This document shows positions 29,499-39,200 of a DNA stretch of 64,000 bases, one piece after another. Below the pieces are notes generated by a model. It made no database searches, was not told where the DNA came from, and was given only the letters and a program-made list of their open reading frames with translations. This DNA comes from an uncultured Bacteroidota bacterium. Its GTDB lineage: Bacteria; Bacteroidota; Ignavibacteria; UBA10030; UBA6906. A program made the translations under genes and the position numbers. The stretch spans positions 896,001-960,000 of the forward strand of contig CAVOYH010000004.1 in assembly GCA_963700635.1 (NCBI GenBank), given 5' to 3'. Every line of letters starts with the position of its first letter. Position 1 is the first letter of the stretch.

Positions 29499-29943
29499 CA
29501 GCGATAATGTCCTTTACCTTTTGCTTGTCATTACGATGGACCAGAAGTGATCCCTGAATCCGCCCCCTGAAAAGATTCAGCCAGGAGGATGTTTTTTCGA
29601 GATTCCAGTTGTGGATGCTGTTTATCTTGTAGAGCAGGCTGACGCGATGTAACAGTCGTGACCGATAATATATCCTGTACCACACGCACTTCCGGTCGGG
29701 AAACACTTCACACGATCCATTCTCCCCGGTTCCCCCGCACGGTCCGTTACGCAGCCGTTTTGGACAATTCTGGGAGCAAATAAATGCAGTCGAGGACAAC
29801 TGGCATTCACCGCACCGCTGACAATGAAACAGGGGCACCTTTACGATATCTTCCAGAAAGAGGAGAACGTGCGACAACTTCCGCTCGCGTGCTGAAATGG
29901 GGCGAATATTCCACGTTACCAGATTCTTCAGCAACGGGGTCAT
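29476..29943 (-). CDS. metV: MTHFR small Cys-rich subunit (MetV-like, short form)
   Basis: 'CQRCGEC.L..T..IC...CPK.LRNGPCGG...CEV...CVW'; alternative start 29997. Confidence 0.85.
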   Translation of the reverse strand: MTPLLKNLVTWNIRPISARERKLSHVLLFLEDIVKVPLFHCQRCGECQLSSTAFICSQNCPKRLRNGPCGGTGENGSCEVFPDRKCVWYRIYYRSRLLHRVSLLYKINSIHNWNLEKTSSWLNLFRGRIQGSLLVHRNDKQKVKDIIADDAAGKA

Positions 29944-30054
29944 CCTGGACCCCGTCGGTTCACCGTGGATGCTTCGTTTCCCGTCAGGTAGAGCCATTGT
30001 TTAATCCATGCGATTTGATTCAAACAGCAGGCGTCACGGAGATTGCCCGACCCG

Positions 30055-30927
30055 TCAGGAGAGATACAACATCACCCTCATGACAGCTTCGACACCTTCC
30101 AGCTTTAGCACATCCTGCAGGCACTCCATTGCGGGATGCTCGTTCGGCAACAGTGAATAGTGTCGCTTTGTAGAACCGATGATCATGTTTAATCCCATCG
30201 GCATTGCCATGGTCAGATACGCACTCTCGAGAGGGCCCTTTACTGGAGATCCGTCCCCCCTTTTGGAAGGCAGCATGGCCGTGAAGTTGCTCAAACCCAC
30301 TGACATATTCACACCGGCCAGGTCCGTGTCCTGATGAATCAGCGCCATCGCATCCACGAGACGTCTGAAATCACCTTTTGAATCGCTGCCGATGGGCATG
30401 ATGCCGGGGTCAAGAATGATCTGCGTGTTCGCTATACGCGGTATACGTTTGCGCGAGATGTTCACCATAGACTTCGCGGTGGCATGGATCTGGTCGGCTG
30501 TTCTGTTCAGCATCATCTCACCGGAATTGTTCATCCCCTCGGTGATAAGCAACACGGGCATGAATGGGTGCTTCGAATACAGGTCGAACATTTCCAGGCG
30601 CGCCTCGGAGATGGAATTCAGAATCGGCACCTGATTCCCGGCACGCCCGGCGTCATATGCTTCCAATCCCGCAGCCGCAATAGCCGCATCGGGAGTGTCT
30701 ATGGAGAGTGGGAACGATATATGCTCCTGAATTTTTCGGACAACTGTCGCCATAAACTCCGGAGACCGGGGTCCGACGTTTACATCAATATACGTCGCTC
30801 CGTTGGCTGCTTGCTGCCTGGCCAATTCAACGATGCCGTCAAGGTTACCCTCTTCGAACAAGGCGTGCGTAGAAGGGACGGAGTCATTAATCGATTCGCC
30901 GATGATCGTAAGACCGTGAATACTCAT
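30055..30927 (-). CDS. Methyltetrahydrofolate:corrinoid methyltransferase (AcsE/MeTr-like pterin-binding)
   Basis: 'IIGESIN', 'YIDVNVG', 'LSIDT', 'ILNSIS', 'LDP', 'GLSNF'. Confidence 0.88.
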   Translation of the reverse strand: MSIHGLTIIGESINDSVPSTHALFEEGNLDGIVELARQQAANGATYIDVNVGPRSPEFMATVVRKIQEHISFPLSIDTPDAAIAAAGLEAYDAGRAGNQVPILNSISEARLEMFDLYSKHPFMPVLLITEGMNNSGEMMLNRTADQIHATAKSMVNISRKRIPRIANTQIILDPGIMPIGSDSKGDFRRLVDAMALIHQDTDLAGVNMSVGLSNFTAMLPSKRGDGSPVKGPLESAYLTMAMPMGLNMIIGSTKRHYSLLPNEHPAMECLQDVLKLEGVEAVMRVMLYLS

Positions 30928-31118
30928 GCACTTGCCTCGTATAGGTCGTACCGGGGAAAAGCTACAGATGGAATCACAGATGTTTCCCGTTGGAGCATCG
31001 GGTTCGGTGAGACAGGGCTATGAACGGTTCAGAGGGTACCCACTCGCGCAGGAGCGTTTTCTTCACAATCGCATGTCACCGGGTCTGCAAATAGCGGAGC
31101 CATCATCTGAGTAGATGC

Positions 31119-31147
31119 AAGATAAGCCGGAAAAGAACCATTCGCAA
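31119..31147 (-). promoter_or_regulatory. sigma70 promoter of the MeTr-metV-metF-corrinoid operon
   Basis: TTGCGA-17-TATCTT. Confidence 0.5.
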
Positions 31148-31232
31148 GACGAGTTATTGTATGATCCTGGCGGGATTGCCTTGCGGGATGGACTATTACA
31201 ATGAACTGGGGGCACCGTGCATGTGCGGTGGT

Positions 31233-32195
31233 TCAGAGTGTTGCCGAAAGCTCCTGGGCAAACCTGACCATTGCCGGGTCCGCGTCGTACGGCAGAACGC
31301 CGCTTCCGAAAACCGTCGCAGGCCGTCCCCCGGCAAGTTTCGCCAGGTACTCCAGCTCCGCCCGAAGAGCATCCCGGTCGTCCGAGGCAAACAATCTCGC
31401 AGGTGTATTTAATCGTACCGTGACCGACGGGTGCTTCTTCATGACCTCCATAAATTCCTCACGATCAGTTTCCGCGGGACAGATCACATATTCTGTTCCT
31501 GTCCGGAGGAGGTCATCCAGGATGCCTGCAGTGTCGCCGCCGAGGATCAAGGGGGGTGATTCGTTCGTGAGACTTCGGACGCCAGCGATCATCTCCTGAA
31601 GTGCAGGAAAGACCACACCGGTGAACGAGTCCGCGGCAATGATGGGTGGAGAAGCCGCAGAGTCAAAGAACATGACGCGAAAGCCTCTGGATGCGAACGT
31701 GCGGCACACCTCAATCTGCCCCGCCGCCAGATGTCGTAATGCCGCAGCAACTGTATCCGGATTGGTCAGCACCTCTGTCAGAATGCCCTGAAAACCCACC
31801 AGCGCGCAGGCGATTGAAAATGGGCCACTCAGAGGAATTCGCACCTCGGCCCCCGGGCATGCTTCTTTTAATCGTTCCGCCGCCTCCATGATCATTGGAA
31901 ACCGGCCGCTGCGTGCTGCGTCCGGCCAGACGAGCTTGCAGAGATCTCCCGCGCCCGTACACAGAGGTCCGACCAATGATGGGACTTCATTTCCACGGGT
32001 AGCTGCCACCACAGCTCCGTACGCTTCGGGTTCGATGTTGTACACATCGATGCCGGCGACAACCGGTGCGTGCCGGTATACTGCATAGGCGGCCGCATGG
32101 GCATCAACCAGGAGGTCGGCACTTCGGGAGACTTCCCAGGGGGTTTTGTCGATAAACATTGCGGCATGTTCATACACGATGGGGGTAAATTCCAT
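31233..32195 (-). CDS. UroD/MtaA/CmuA-fold methyltransferase
   Basis: 'IEPEAYGA.V', 'RFPMI.EA', 'SGPFSIA..L.G', 'FDSAASP'; lacks the HemE 'RQAGR' motif. Confidence 0.82.
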   Translation of the reverse strand: MEFTPIVYEHAAMFIDKTPWEVSRSADLLVDAHAAAYAVYRHAPVVAGIDVYNIEPEAYGAVVAATRGNEVPSLVGPLCTGAGDLCKLVWPDAARSGRFPMIMEAAERLKEACPGAEVRIPLSGPFSIACALVGFQGILTEVLTNPDTVAAALRHLAAGQIEVCRTFASRGFRVMFFDSAASPPIIAADSFTGVVFPALQEMIAGVRSLTNESPPLILGGDTAGILDDLLRTGTEYVICPAETDREEFMEVMKKHPSVTVRLNTPARLFASDDRDALRAELEYLAKLAGGRPATVFGSGVLPYDADPAMVRFAQELSATL

Positions 32196-32233
32196 TACAT
32201 CTCCGGGAGAGGAAGAAGAGAAGGTTCTTACGC

Positions 32234-32262
32234 AAGATACGCGAGGGGCGGGCGAATATCAA
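32234..32262 (-). promoter_or_regulatory. sigma70 promoter of the UroD-fold gene
   Basis: TTGATA-17-TATCTT. Confidence 0.55.
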
Positions 32263-32393
32263 GTGGGTCTGCTACCGGGATTCTCGTCCATTTCGAAGCA
32301 GAGAATGTTTTGCTATAAAATCCTGGGCCGAGTTTCTCGGGGGGGGGGAGACGTCATCCACACGAAACAATCGAACTCAACAGTGGCACACGC

Positions 32394-32422
32394 AGGGGGG
32401 GCGAGCCACTGTCGCCCCCCCT
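32394..32422. terminator. Hairpin immediately downstream of the M6 protease gene
   Basis: AGGGGGGGCGA-N7-TCGCCCCCCCT; weak U-tract. Confidence 0.45.
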
Positions 32423-32434
32423 CTCATGTTTCTG

Positions 32435-35155
32435 TTATTTGAGCAGCAGCATCGTGCGAGTCTCGACCGACGTTCCGGCCTGGAGGCGGTACACGTACAT
32501 CCCGCTCGCGTGACCGGTGGCGTCGAACCGCACGGTATAACTTCCTGCATGTTGAATGCCGTTCACCAGGACGGCCACTTCCCGACCCAGCACATCATAG
32601 ACGACAAGCCGTACCCAGCCAGCGGTCTCCCCATGGAGCCGATACCCGATCGTTGTTGTCGGGTTAAATGGATTCGGATAGTTCTGATCCAGGGCGAAGC
32701 TGGTCGGGAGCTCCGGCTGTTCCGACACGCCGGTTGCGGAGGCCGGGAGTTCGAAGGTCACATTCATCACCGGAGTTGCAGGCGAAATGTTCCTGATCGC
32801 AAAGCCGCTCGGAGTTCCATTGGCCCACCGGAGCCTCGCGTGGTTGGGATCCGGATCGGTAGAAAGGAGATCGTATCCCATCGATGGGTCCGCTCCATCC
32901 CAGAGGGCTTTTGCATTGTTGAACGGGGGGCCATAGATCGGCCGGAGCATCCTGATGGCCCTGCGTCCCCAATCGCCTGCTCCTACGGAAGCCCAATCAC
33001 TCGCCGACACGCCTGCCGGTGCGGGAACCGATCCGTAGACCGCCGGATCTTCCATAATATGCCACACCGCAAGACCGCTATCAGCGATGCCGGTGTCATA
33101 CTGTAGAGACCGACGCCGGTTCTCGACAATGTAGTATTCTTTCTCCCCATGAGCCGGATCCATGAGGATATATGCTCCTCCTGCGGCTTCGACCGGATGC
33201 ACATTGTAAACGCCGGGGCGCCTCACGATGGATGGCTGTAACCAGCCCAAACGGATCTTCTGGAAGGGATCCAGATGAGAATCGATGTAGGTTACGTCCA
33301 TCAGGGAGTATTGCCCGGCTGCATACGGTTGGAAGAAGCTGAAATACAAATCCGGCAGGTTCAGGAGCAGATGGCTGATCTCATGGGCGAACACGCCAAG
33401 ATTTATTGGCGATCCCGCGTACACTTCGGCGATCACCGGAATCCTGACACCGTCTACGACAAGCGGTTGCCAGGTCGGATATTGTTGAGAGGCAGGCACT
33501 CTGACGGTGCCAAATGGACTGTTTTGTGGAATGACGATAACAATCCCCAGCTCCTTGGGATCCAGTACTCCGTCGCCATCGTTGTCGTAGCTCGCATAGT
33601 TGAATGAGGCATCCGCTTTCGTGATCGCTTCCCACCATTTGCGCGTGTGGCCGGAGGTAAACCCATCCTGGTCCGCGTCGGTTGGATCGTCCGCAGCCCA
33701 GTAGAAAGAATACGGCTTGTCTGCTGCGAACCACCCGAAGATCCCCGCGTTGGAGATGCTGAACTCCGAGCCGGAATTTACGACAAAGTAGTCCGCCACG
33801 CTGGGATAACTTCCATGGATCGTATTGGTAATTGACCCCAGCGTGGGCGCGGGATCTGTGGGTCGCTGAGGGTCCCACAACAGGACGAGGATGGGATTGT
33901 TGCCGATCCGCGGTTTTACCGCCCCGAACCCGCTCGTCATATCGGGCCCGGCACAGGGAAACGCATATACCGTGATGTTCCTGTCACCGCAATATCCCGT
34001 ATTGCCAGCATCAACATGCCACTGAATGGTGACATGCTTCACGCCCGCAGATACGTTCTTCTTCACGAAGGTCATGCTTGAAGTTCCGTAATAGTTCGAT
34101 TCCCAGGTGAGGAGCGCGTCACTGGGCTCGCAGACTTCCCCATTCACCAGCGCCCGTACGAACATGCGTCCTGCGGACACATACGCCTCACCCTGGACGG
34201 TGATTGCCACCGTCGCGTTCCCAGGAACGTTTATGTCGGCCTCAAGGTCCGGCATGGCAACGAAGGAAGTAGAGGTAGTCTCCACCGGGAGACCGCTGGG
34301 TGCACTCGCCGAAATCAGCCCGCCTTGTGCTGAGGCAAGCGCGGAAGGATCAGACACTGCCACCGAAAGTGTATGATCCCCGATGTACGCCGTCCCTCCT
34401 CCATCGACCAGCCATTGGACTTTGACAACATGATTCCCCGCGCTGACGGCAGGCTTAACAAACGACATCGTATGGGCCTCAAGGTCAAAGCTGCCGGCTA
34501 TGATGACATCGCTTGGTGACGCCGCTGTGCCGTCGACGAGCACACGAAGGCCGGTCCGCTTGCCGCTGGTGCAAAAGACCTCGGCCGCAAAGGTAAGAAC
34601 CAACGGGCCGGTCGAAGGCGTTGTGATGTTCAACGACATCCCTGGAACATCCTGCCAGCTTGATGACGTCGTGCTCAGATAGGGACCACTGGGGCCTGCG
34701 ACGATATTGACAAGGGTCGGCGCAGTGATGACCCACATGGTTCTGTCGGCAAAGCTCGCCGTGCCTCCAGCGTCCACCTTCGTCTGGAACCGGACGCGAT
34801 GCATACCGGTTCCGATGGTTGCAGCAAATTGAAACATGTGGCAATAGTCGTGCAGTTCGGACGAGAAAACGATGTCCGACGGGGATGCAGGGGCATCATC
34901 GATAAGCGCACGCACAAAGACCCGTTTCCCCGCCGAGGCAACTGCCTCAGAGGATATGCCTATGCACGCATTGCCGGCATTGTACTGATAGAACCACAAT
35001 TCGAGATCCTTGATGTCAACCCACGTCGTTGAGGTGGACGTCCAGTCAGGCCCGCTGGGAGACGCTTTGGTATAGATGTGCCCCTGTCCCGCTGCGCTGG
35101 CAGCGAGCAAAAGCACTACGATCAGGGTGGCGAGTAGACGGTACGTTTGTTTCAT
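32435..35155 (-). CDS. T9SS-secreted M6 (immune inhibitor A-like) metalloprotease with three N-terminal repeats
   Basis: 'GVFAHEISHLLLNLPDLY', 'YSLM', 'HLDPFQKIRLGWL', 'EYYIVENR'; CTD 'LDQNYPNPFNP'; GGAGG before ATG 35155. Confidence 0.88.
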   Translation of the reverse strand: MKQTYRLLATLIVVLLLAASAAGQGHIYTKASPSGPDWTSTSTTWVDIKDLELWFYQYNAGNACIGISSEAVASAGKRVFVRALIDDAPASPSDIVFSSELHDYCHMFQFAATIGTGMHRVRFQTKVDAGGTASFADRTMWVITAPTLVNIVAGPSGPYLSTTSSSWQDVPGMSLNITTPSTGPLVLTFAAEVFCTSGKRTGLRVLVDGTAASPSDVIIAGSFDLEAHTMSFVKPAVSAGNHVVKVQWLVDGGGTAYIGDHTLSVAVSDPSALASAQGGLISASAPSGLPVETTSTSFVAMPDLEADINVPGNATVAITVQGEAYVSAGRMFVRALVNGEVCEPSDALLTWESNYYGTSSMTFVKKNVSAGVKHVTIQWHVDAGNTGYCGDRNITVYAFPCAGPDMTSGFGAVKPRIGNNPILVLLWDPQRPTDPAPTLGSITNTIHGSYPSVADYFVVNSGSEFSISNAGIFGWFAADKPYSFYWAADDPTDADQDGFTSGHTRKWWEAITKADASFNYASYDNDGDGVLDPKELGIVIVIPQNSPFGTVRVPASQQYPTWQPLVVDGVRIPVIAEVYAGSPINLGVFAHEISHLLLNLPDLYFSFFQPYAAGQYSLMDVTYIDSHLDPFQKIRLGWLQPSIVRRPGVYNVHPVEAAGGAYILMDPAHGEKEYYIVENRRRSLQYDTGIADSGLAVWHIMEDPAVYGSVPAPAGVSASDWASVGAGDWGRRAIRMLRPIYGPPFNNAKALWDGADPSMGYDLLSTDPDPNHARLRWANGTPSGFAIRNISPATPVMNVTFELPASATGVSEQPELPTSFALDQNYPNPFNPTTTIGYRLHGETAGWVRLVVYDVLGREVAVLVNGIQHAGSYTVRFDATGHASGMYVYRLQAGTSVETRTMLLLK

Positions 35156-35367
35156 GGTATCCTCCATTGATATGTCAATCCTTGCGTCCGGGGTATTTGA
35201 GAGATTTGCCCGATCGAACATACCAGACTTTCGTTTTCCGTGAAGGTGCCCCGCGTCGGCGACGGTGCAGCAGGTGTGTCACTGCAGCCGGGATACGCCG
35301 GACAATGTGCACCGCACAGGAGTAGAAGTGTTTTGGCTTTGTGAGGGGTGAAAACACGGGTGCTCCG

Positions 35368-35381
35368 TTGACTCCGGTCAA
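35368..35381. promoter_or_regulatory. Palindromic operator candidate TTGAC-N4-GTCAA
   Basis: TTGACTCCGGTCAA about 210 bp upstream of the protease start. Confidence 0.35.
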
Positions 35382-35525
35382 AGTACATTCTTGGAGGAAC
35401 GCAGACAAGATGAGGCGAAGACTATTCCGTATAGTGATGAATCATCATGCCGTTCGGGGGGCAGAAACGTGCATTCTTAGCAGGAGCGCCGAGTAGAGCA
35501 GTTCAGGCCGGATGACTGCGGGGTG

Positions 35526-36167
35526 TCAGAGGATATCTTTGTTGTGAAGTGCGAACTGAAGAAGTTTGTGGGGGCCTTCCAGGCGCAATTTTTCGCAGAT
35601 ATGTGATCGGTGGTTGTTCACGGTATGGTGGCTGATACTGAGATCTTCTGCAATTTCCTTGCTGGTCTTCCCTGCTCCTATCATCGCGAGGATCCTTCGT
35701 TCTGTCGGGCTGAGCCGGCTCACGCCGGGGGGAGAGTCGTTCCCCTGCCCTGCTGCCCGGAGGACCAGGATCTCCGACATAGTCGGTGCGATGTAGTGTC
35801 TTCCCTGTGCCACGGTCCGCAGGCACGCCATCAGTTCCCCGGGTGCACCTTCTTTAAGCAGATAACCGAGGATCCCAAGGTCCATGGCTTCCCGGAAATA
35901 TTCGTGGTCGCGGTACATTGTCAGAATGACAAATGCACATTCCAGGCCCCGTGCCTTTGCAGCCCGGACCACGTGCAACCCATCCATCACGGGCATGCTG
36001 ATATCCAGCAGGGCGATGTCTGGCGTGAGGTTGTTCAACAGTTCCAGGGCCTGTTGGCCGTTTTCTGCCTCACCGGCCAGATAGAATTCCGTGCTATCGC
36101 AGAGAATTTCTACAAGACCCTTACGAAAAATGGGATGGTCATCGGCGATTACAACGGATTTTGACAT
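35526..36167 (-). CDS. NarL/LuxR family response regulator
   Basis: 'IADDHP', 'LLDISMP..DG', 'GYLLK', HTH 'LSPTERRIL..IG.GKTSKEIA..L.IS..TV.NHR'. Confidence 0.95.
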   Translation of the reverse strand: MSKSVVIADDHPIFRKGLVEILCDSTEFYLAGEAENGQQALELLNNLTPDIALLDISMPVMDGLHVVRAAKARGLECAFVILTMYRDHEYFREAMDLGILGYLLKEGAPGELMACLRTVAQGRHYIAPTMSEILVLRAAGQGNDSPPGVSRLSPTERRILAMIGAGKTSKEIAEDLSISHHTVNNHRSHICEKLRLEGPHKLLQFALHNKDIL

Positions 36168-36203
36168 GACCCTTTTTCCTCTCAGTGTCTCTTCCGGCTG
36201 GAC

Positions 36204-39200
36204 TCAGCCTGCCACCGGCCGTGAATCCGTCGTCAATGGAATGTTGAATCGAACGGTCGTTCCCTTTCCGGGAGCACTCTCGATAGCCATGTCACCTTCC
36301 AGCAATCGAATCCGTTCTGCCATGTTCACAAGTCCGTGTCCTGTACTGTCTCCGGGAGAACCCTCGACGGCATTAAAACCCCTGCCATCGTCAACAATCG
36401 AGAGGACAGCATGGTCTTTGTCCCGGACAAGGGATATATGGCACAGTGAGGCATGGGAGTGCTTGATGACATTGTTGAGGGCTTCCTGCACGATCCGGTA
36501 AATGTTGATCTCCTCGAAGGGTGAGAACAGATTATCGACCGGGTCTATGCTCATGGTCACGGTGAGAGAAGCGGCCTCTGCCATGCGCCGCACCGTGGCC
36601 TCAACAGTTCTCGTCAATCCGAGACGTTCCAGCATATGCGGGTGCAGATCTGAAGCAATCTGCCGGACTCCGTCGATAGCCTGGCGGATTGCTTCGCCAA
36701 GGACTGTTGCGAGAGATGCCGGTATGGCCCCGGATGGTATGCGGTCGATAGAGTGACTGATCGTGAGAAGGTCCTGACCGAGGCCATCATGGAGTTCTCC
36801 GGCGATTCGTTTTCTCTCCGCCTCTTGCGACTCGTTGAGTCTTCGGGAAAACTCGGATTGAAGGGCTTTCTCCCGTTGCAGGCGTTTGATCCGCGTCCGG
36901 TAACCAAAGAATGCACCGGAGCTAAGGAGAAGGAACACGAGCGCCCGAAACCAGAGAGTTTCCCAGTACGGGGCGGCGATATGGATGCGGAGAGATGCTC
37001 CCCTGTCATTCCAGGTCCTGTCACTGTTGCTCCCCATTACCCGGAACAGATAGTCACCGCTTGCAAGGTTTGTATAGGATGCGAATCGCCGCGTGTTGGG
37101 TTCGGTCCAGCGGGAATCTACACCTTCGAGCATATAGCGGTAACAATTGAGTTCGGGGGAGGTATAGTCGAGCGCTGCGTATTCGAAGGCGATAGAGTTG
37201 TCCGAGGCCGGGAGCCGGATAACGCCGTCGGCGTCAGGTGGAGGGGCAGCACGGTCGAAGATGCGGCAGTGGGAGATACGAATGGGGGGAGGAAGGGTGT
37301 CAATGGGAAGCGCCTCCGGATCAAACATGTTCACTCCGTTGATGCCGCCCAGATACAACACTCCTCCGCGGCCTTTGTAGTAAGCGCCCTGGTTAAATTC
37401 AAAACTCTGGAGCCCGTCCGCCATGCCGAAGTTTCTAAATGTCCGTCGGGCAGGGTTGAAGCAACAGACACCCTTGTTCGTGCTCAGCCAGAGATTCCCC
37501 TTCGCATCTTCGAGAATCGCGTAGATAACATTGTTGGGCAATCCATCGGCCTCGGTGAGATGAGTGAAGGTCTTGTCTGTTCTGTTGAATGCATCCAGAC
37601 CTCCCCCGGCGGTGGCGATCCAGACTGTTCCCCTGGTGTCCTCGTGGAACGCATGGATGGTGTTGTGGGCCAACGATGTCGAGATTGTGTCGGCATGCCG
37701 GTAGTGGACAAAGGACCCCCGGGTCCGATCCAACACGCTGATTCCGGCGCCCCACGTTCCGATCCAGATATTCCCCAGTCGATCTTCCATGAGGGCATAA
37801 ATATAATTGCTGGCTATTTCATGCACTCCTGCGCCGGCAGAAACTGCGAATCGTTGTGACTGGTTCGTGGTCCTATCAAGCTCAAACAGTCCCCCGCCGA
37901 TAGTTCCCACCCAGAGCTTGCCGTCGCCTGACTCCAGGAAAGTCATGACATAATCCGGGCCGACGGATTCCCCCTGGTCCCGTGGTAAGCGGAAATTCTG
38001 GAATACGCCGCGCTCGTCGATCCGATCGATCCCGGTGCCACTGGTTCCGATCCAGAGCATGCCGTCACTGTCCTGGAGCAACGCCATGACCGTGTTCGAG
38101 CTGAGGTGGCCGGGACGCCCGGGGGCAGCAACGAAGCGTGTCATAGTGGGGCCGTCCTGGTTGTAGCAATCCAGACCCCCGCCGGCAGAGCCGATCCAGA
38201 GTCTCCCCTGCCGGTCCTCACAGAGTGCACGCACGACTGGATTTGCAAGGCTTGCGGGCCTGCCTGGATCATACCGGATGTGCCGAAAGCGAGCCCGGAG
38301 AGGGTCGAAATGGTTGACCCCACCGCCATCGACCCCGACCCACATAGTCTGCTCCCGGTCACGAAACAGCGAAAGAATCCGATCGGCGCTGAGTGCGGGG
38401 TGCGGACCGGACCTGTCGATCGTGATGATTCCTGTTGCGGGGTTCAGGCGGTTGACGCCACCTTCCTGCGTTCCAATCCAAAGCACCGTGTCGGCATCCA
38501 GGGCGAGCGAGCGAACGGTCATGCCACTCAGCCGCCTGGCAGGGGCACCGCCTGTACTGTAGGAGATCGTTGAGTTCGTTCTCGTGTCAAGGCATTTCAG
38601 CCCATCTTCGAACAACCCGACCCAGAGGTGCTTTTGCGCGTCAGGCATGAGGCAAAAGATCCTCCAGCCCTGTGTGCGTCCGTTTGTTCCCGATGTTCCC
38701 GGTATCGTCCGGAACCGCCCCTTCGGCCGATCAAACGTCGCAAGACCGTTCCATGTCCCGATCCAGACGTCGTTGTGTTCGTCGATCGCGAGCGAAGTGA
38801 TACGATCGTCCGGGATTTCGCCCGGATTCAACTGTTTTGAATAGCGGGTCCAGGTCCCCTTCGCGGGGTTGAAGGCATTCAATCCGCGCATCCACGTGGC
38901 CACCCAGAATATTCCCGAAGAGTCTTCTGCTATTGCCATGATCGAATTGCCGCTTGGCGAGTTCGCGTCCTCTGGTCGGTGAGGAAATCTCCGAAACGTC
39001 TCTGCTCCGGGCAGGAGGCAATTCAGCCCCCCGCCATAGGTGCCGACCCAGAGTGCGCCAGTCCGATCGACGAGCAATGCGGTGATGTTATCATCGGACA
39101 AGGAAGACGAATCACCCGCAACCTTGCGATAGACTTTGAACGATATTCCGTCGAACTTGTTGAGACCATCCTGTGTACCGAACCACACATACCCCTCATG

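Noticed and set aside
31040-31060. 'GCAGGAGCG' resembling an SAH riboswitch core
   Set aside because: Wrong strand for the downstream operon and the other conserved elements are missing
32339-32348. G10 tract as a phase-variation switch
   Set aside because: Intergenic and about 75 bp upstream of the predicted -35, not in a spacer or ORF
35180-35212. GGGCAAA...GGACGCAAG on the minus strand resembling a c-di-GMP-I riboswitch
   Set aside because: The intervening arms (TCTCTC / TACCCC) cannot pair and there is no GNRA loop or P3 stem
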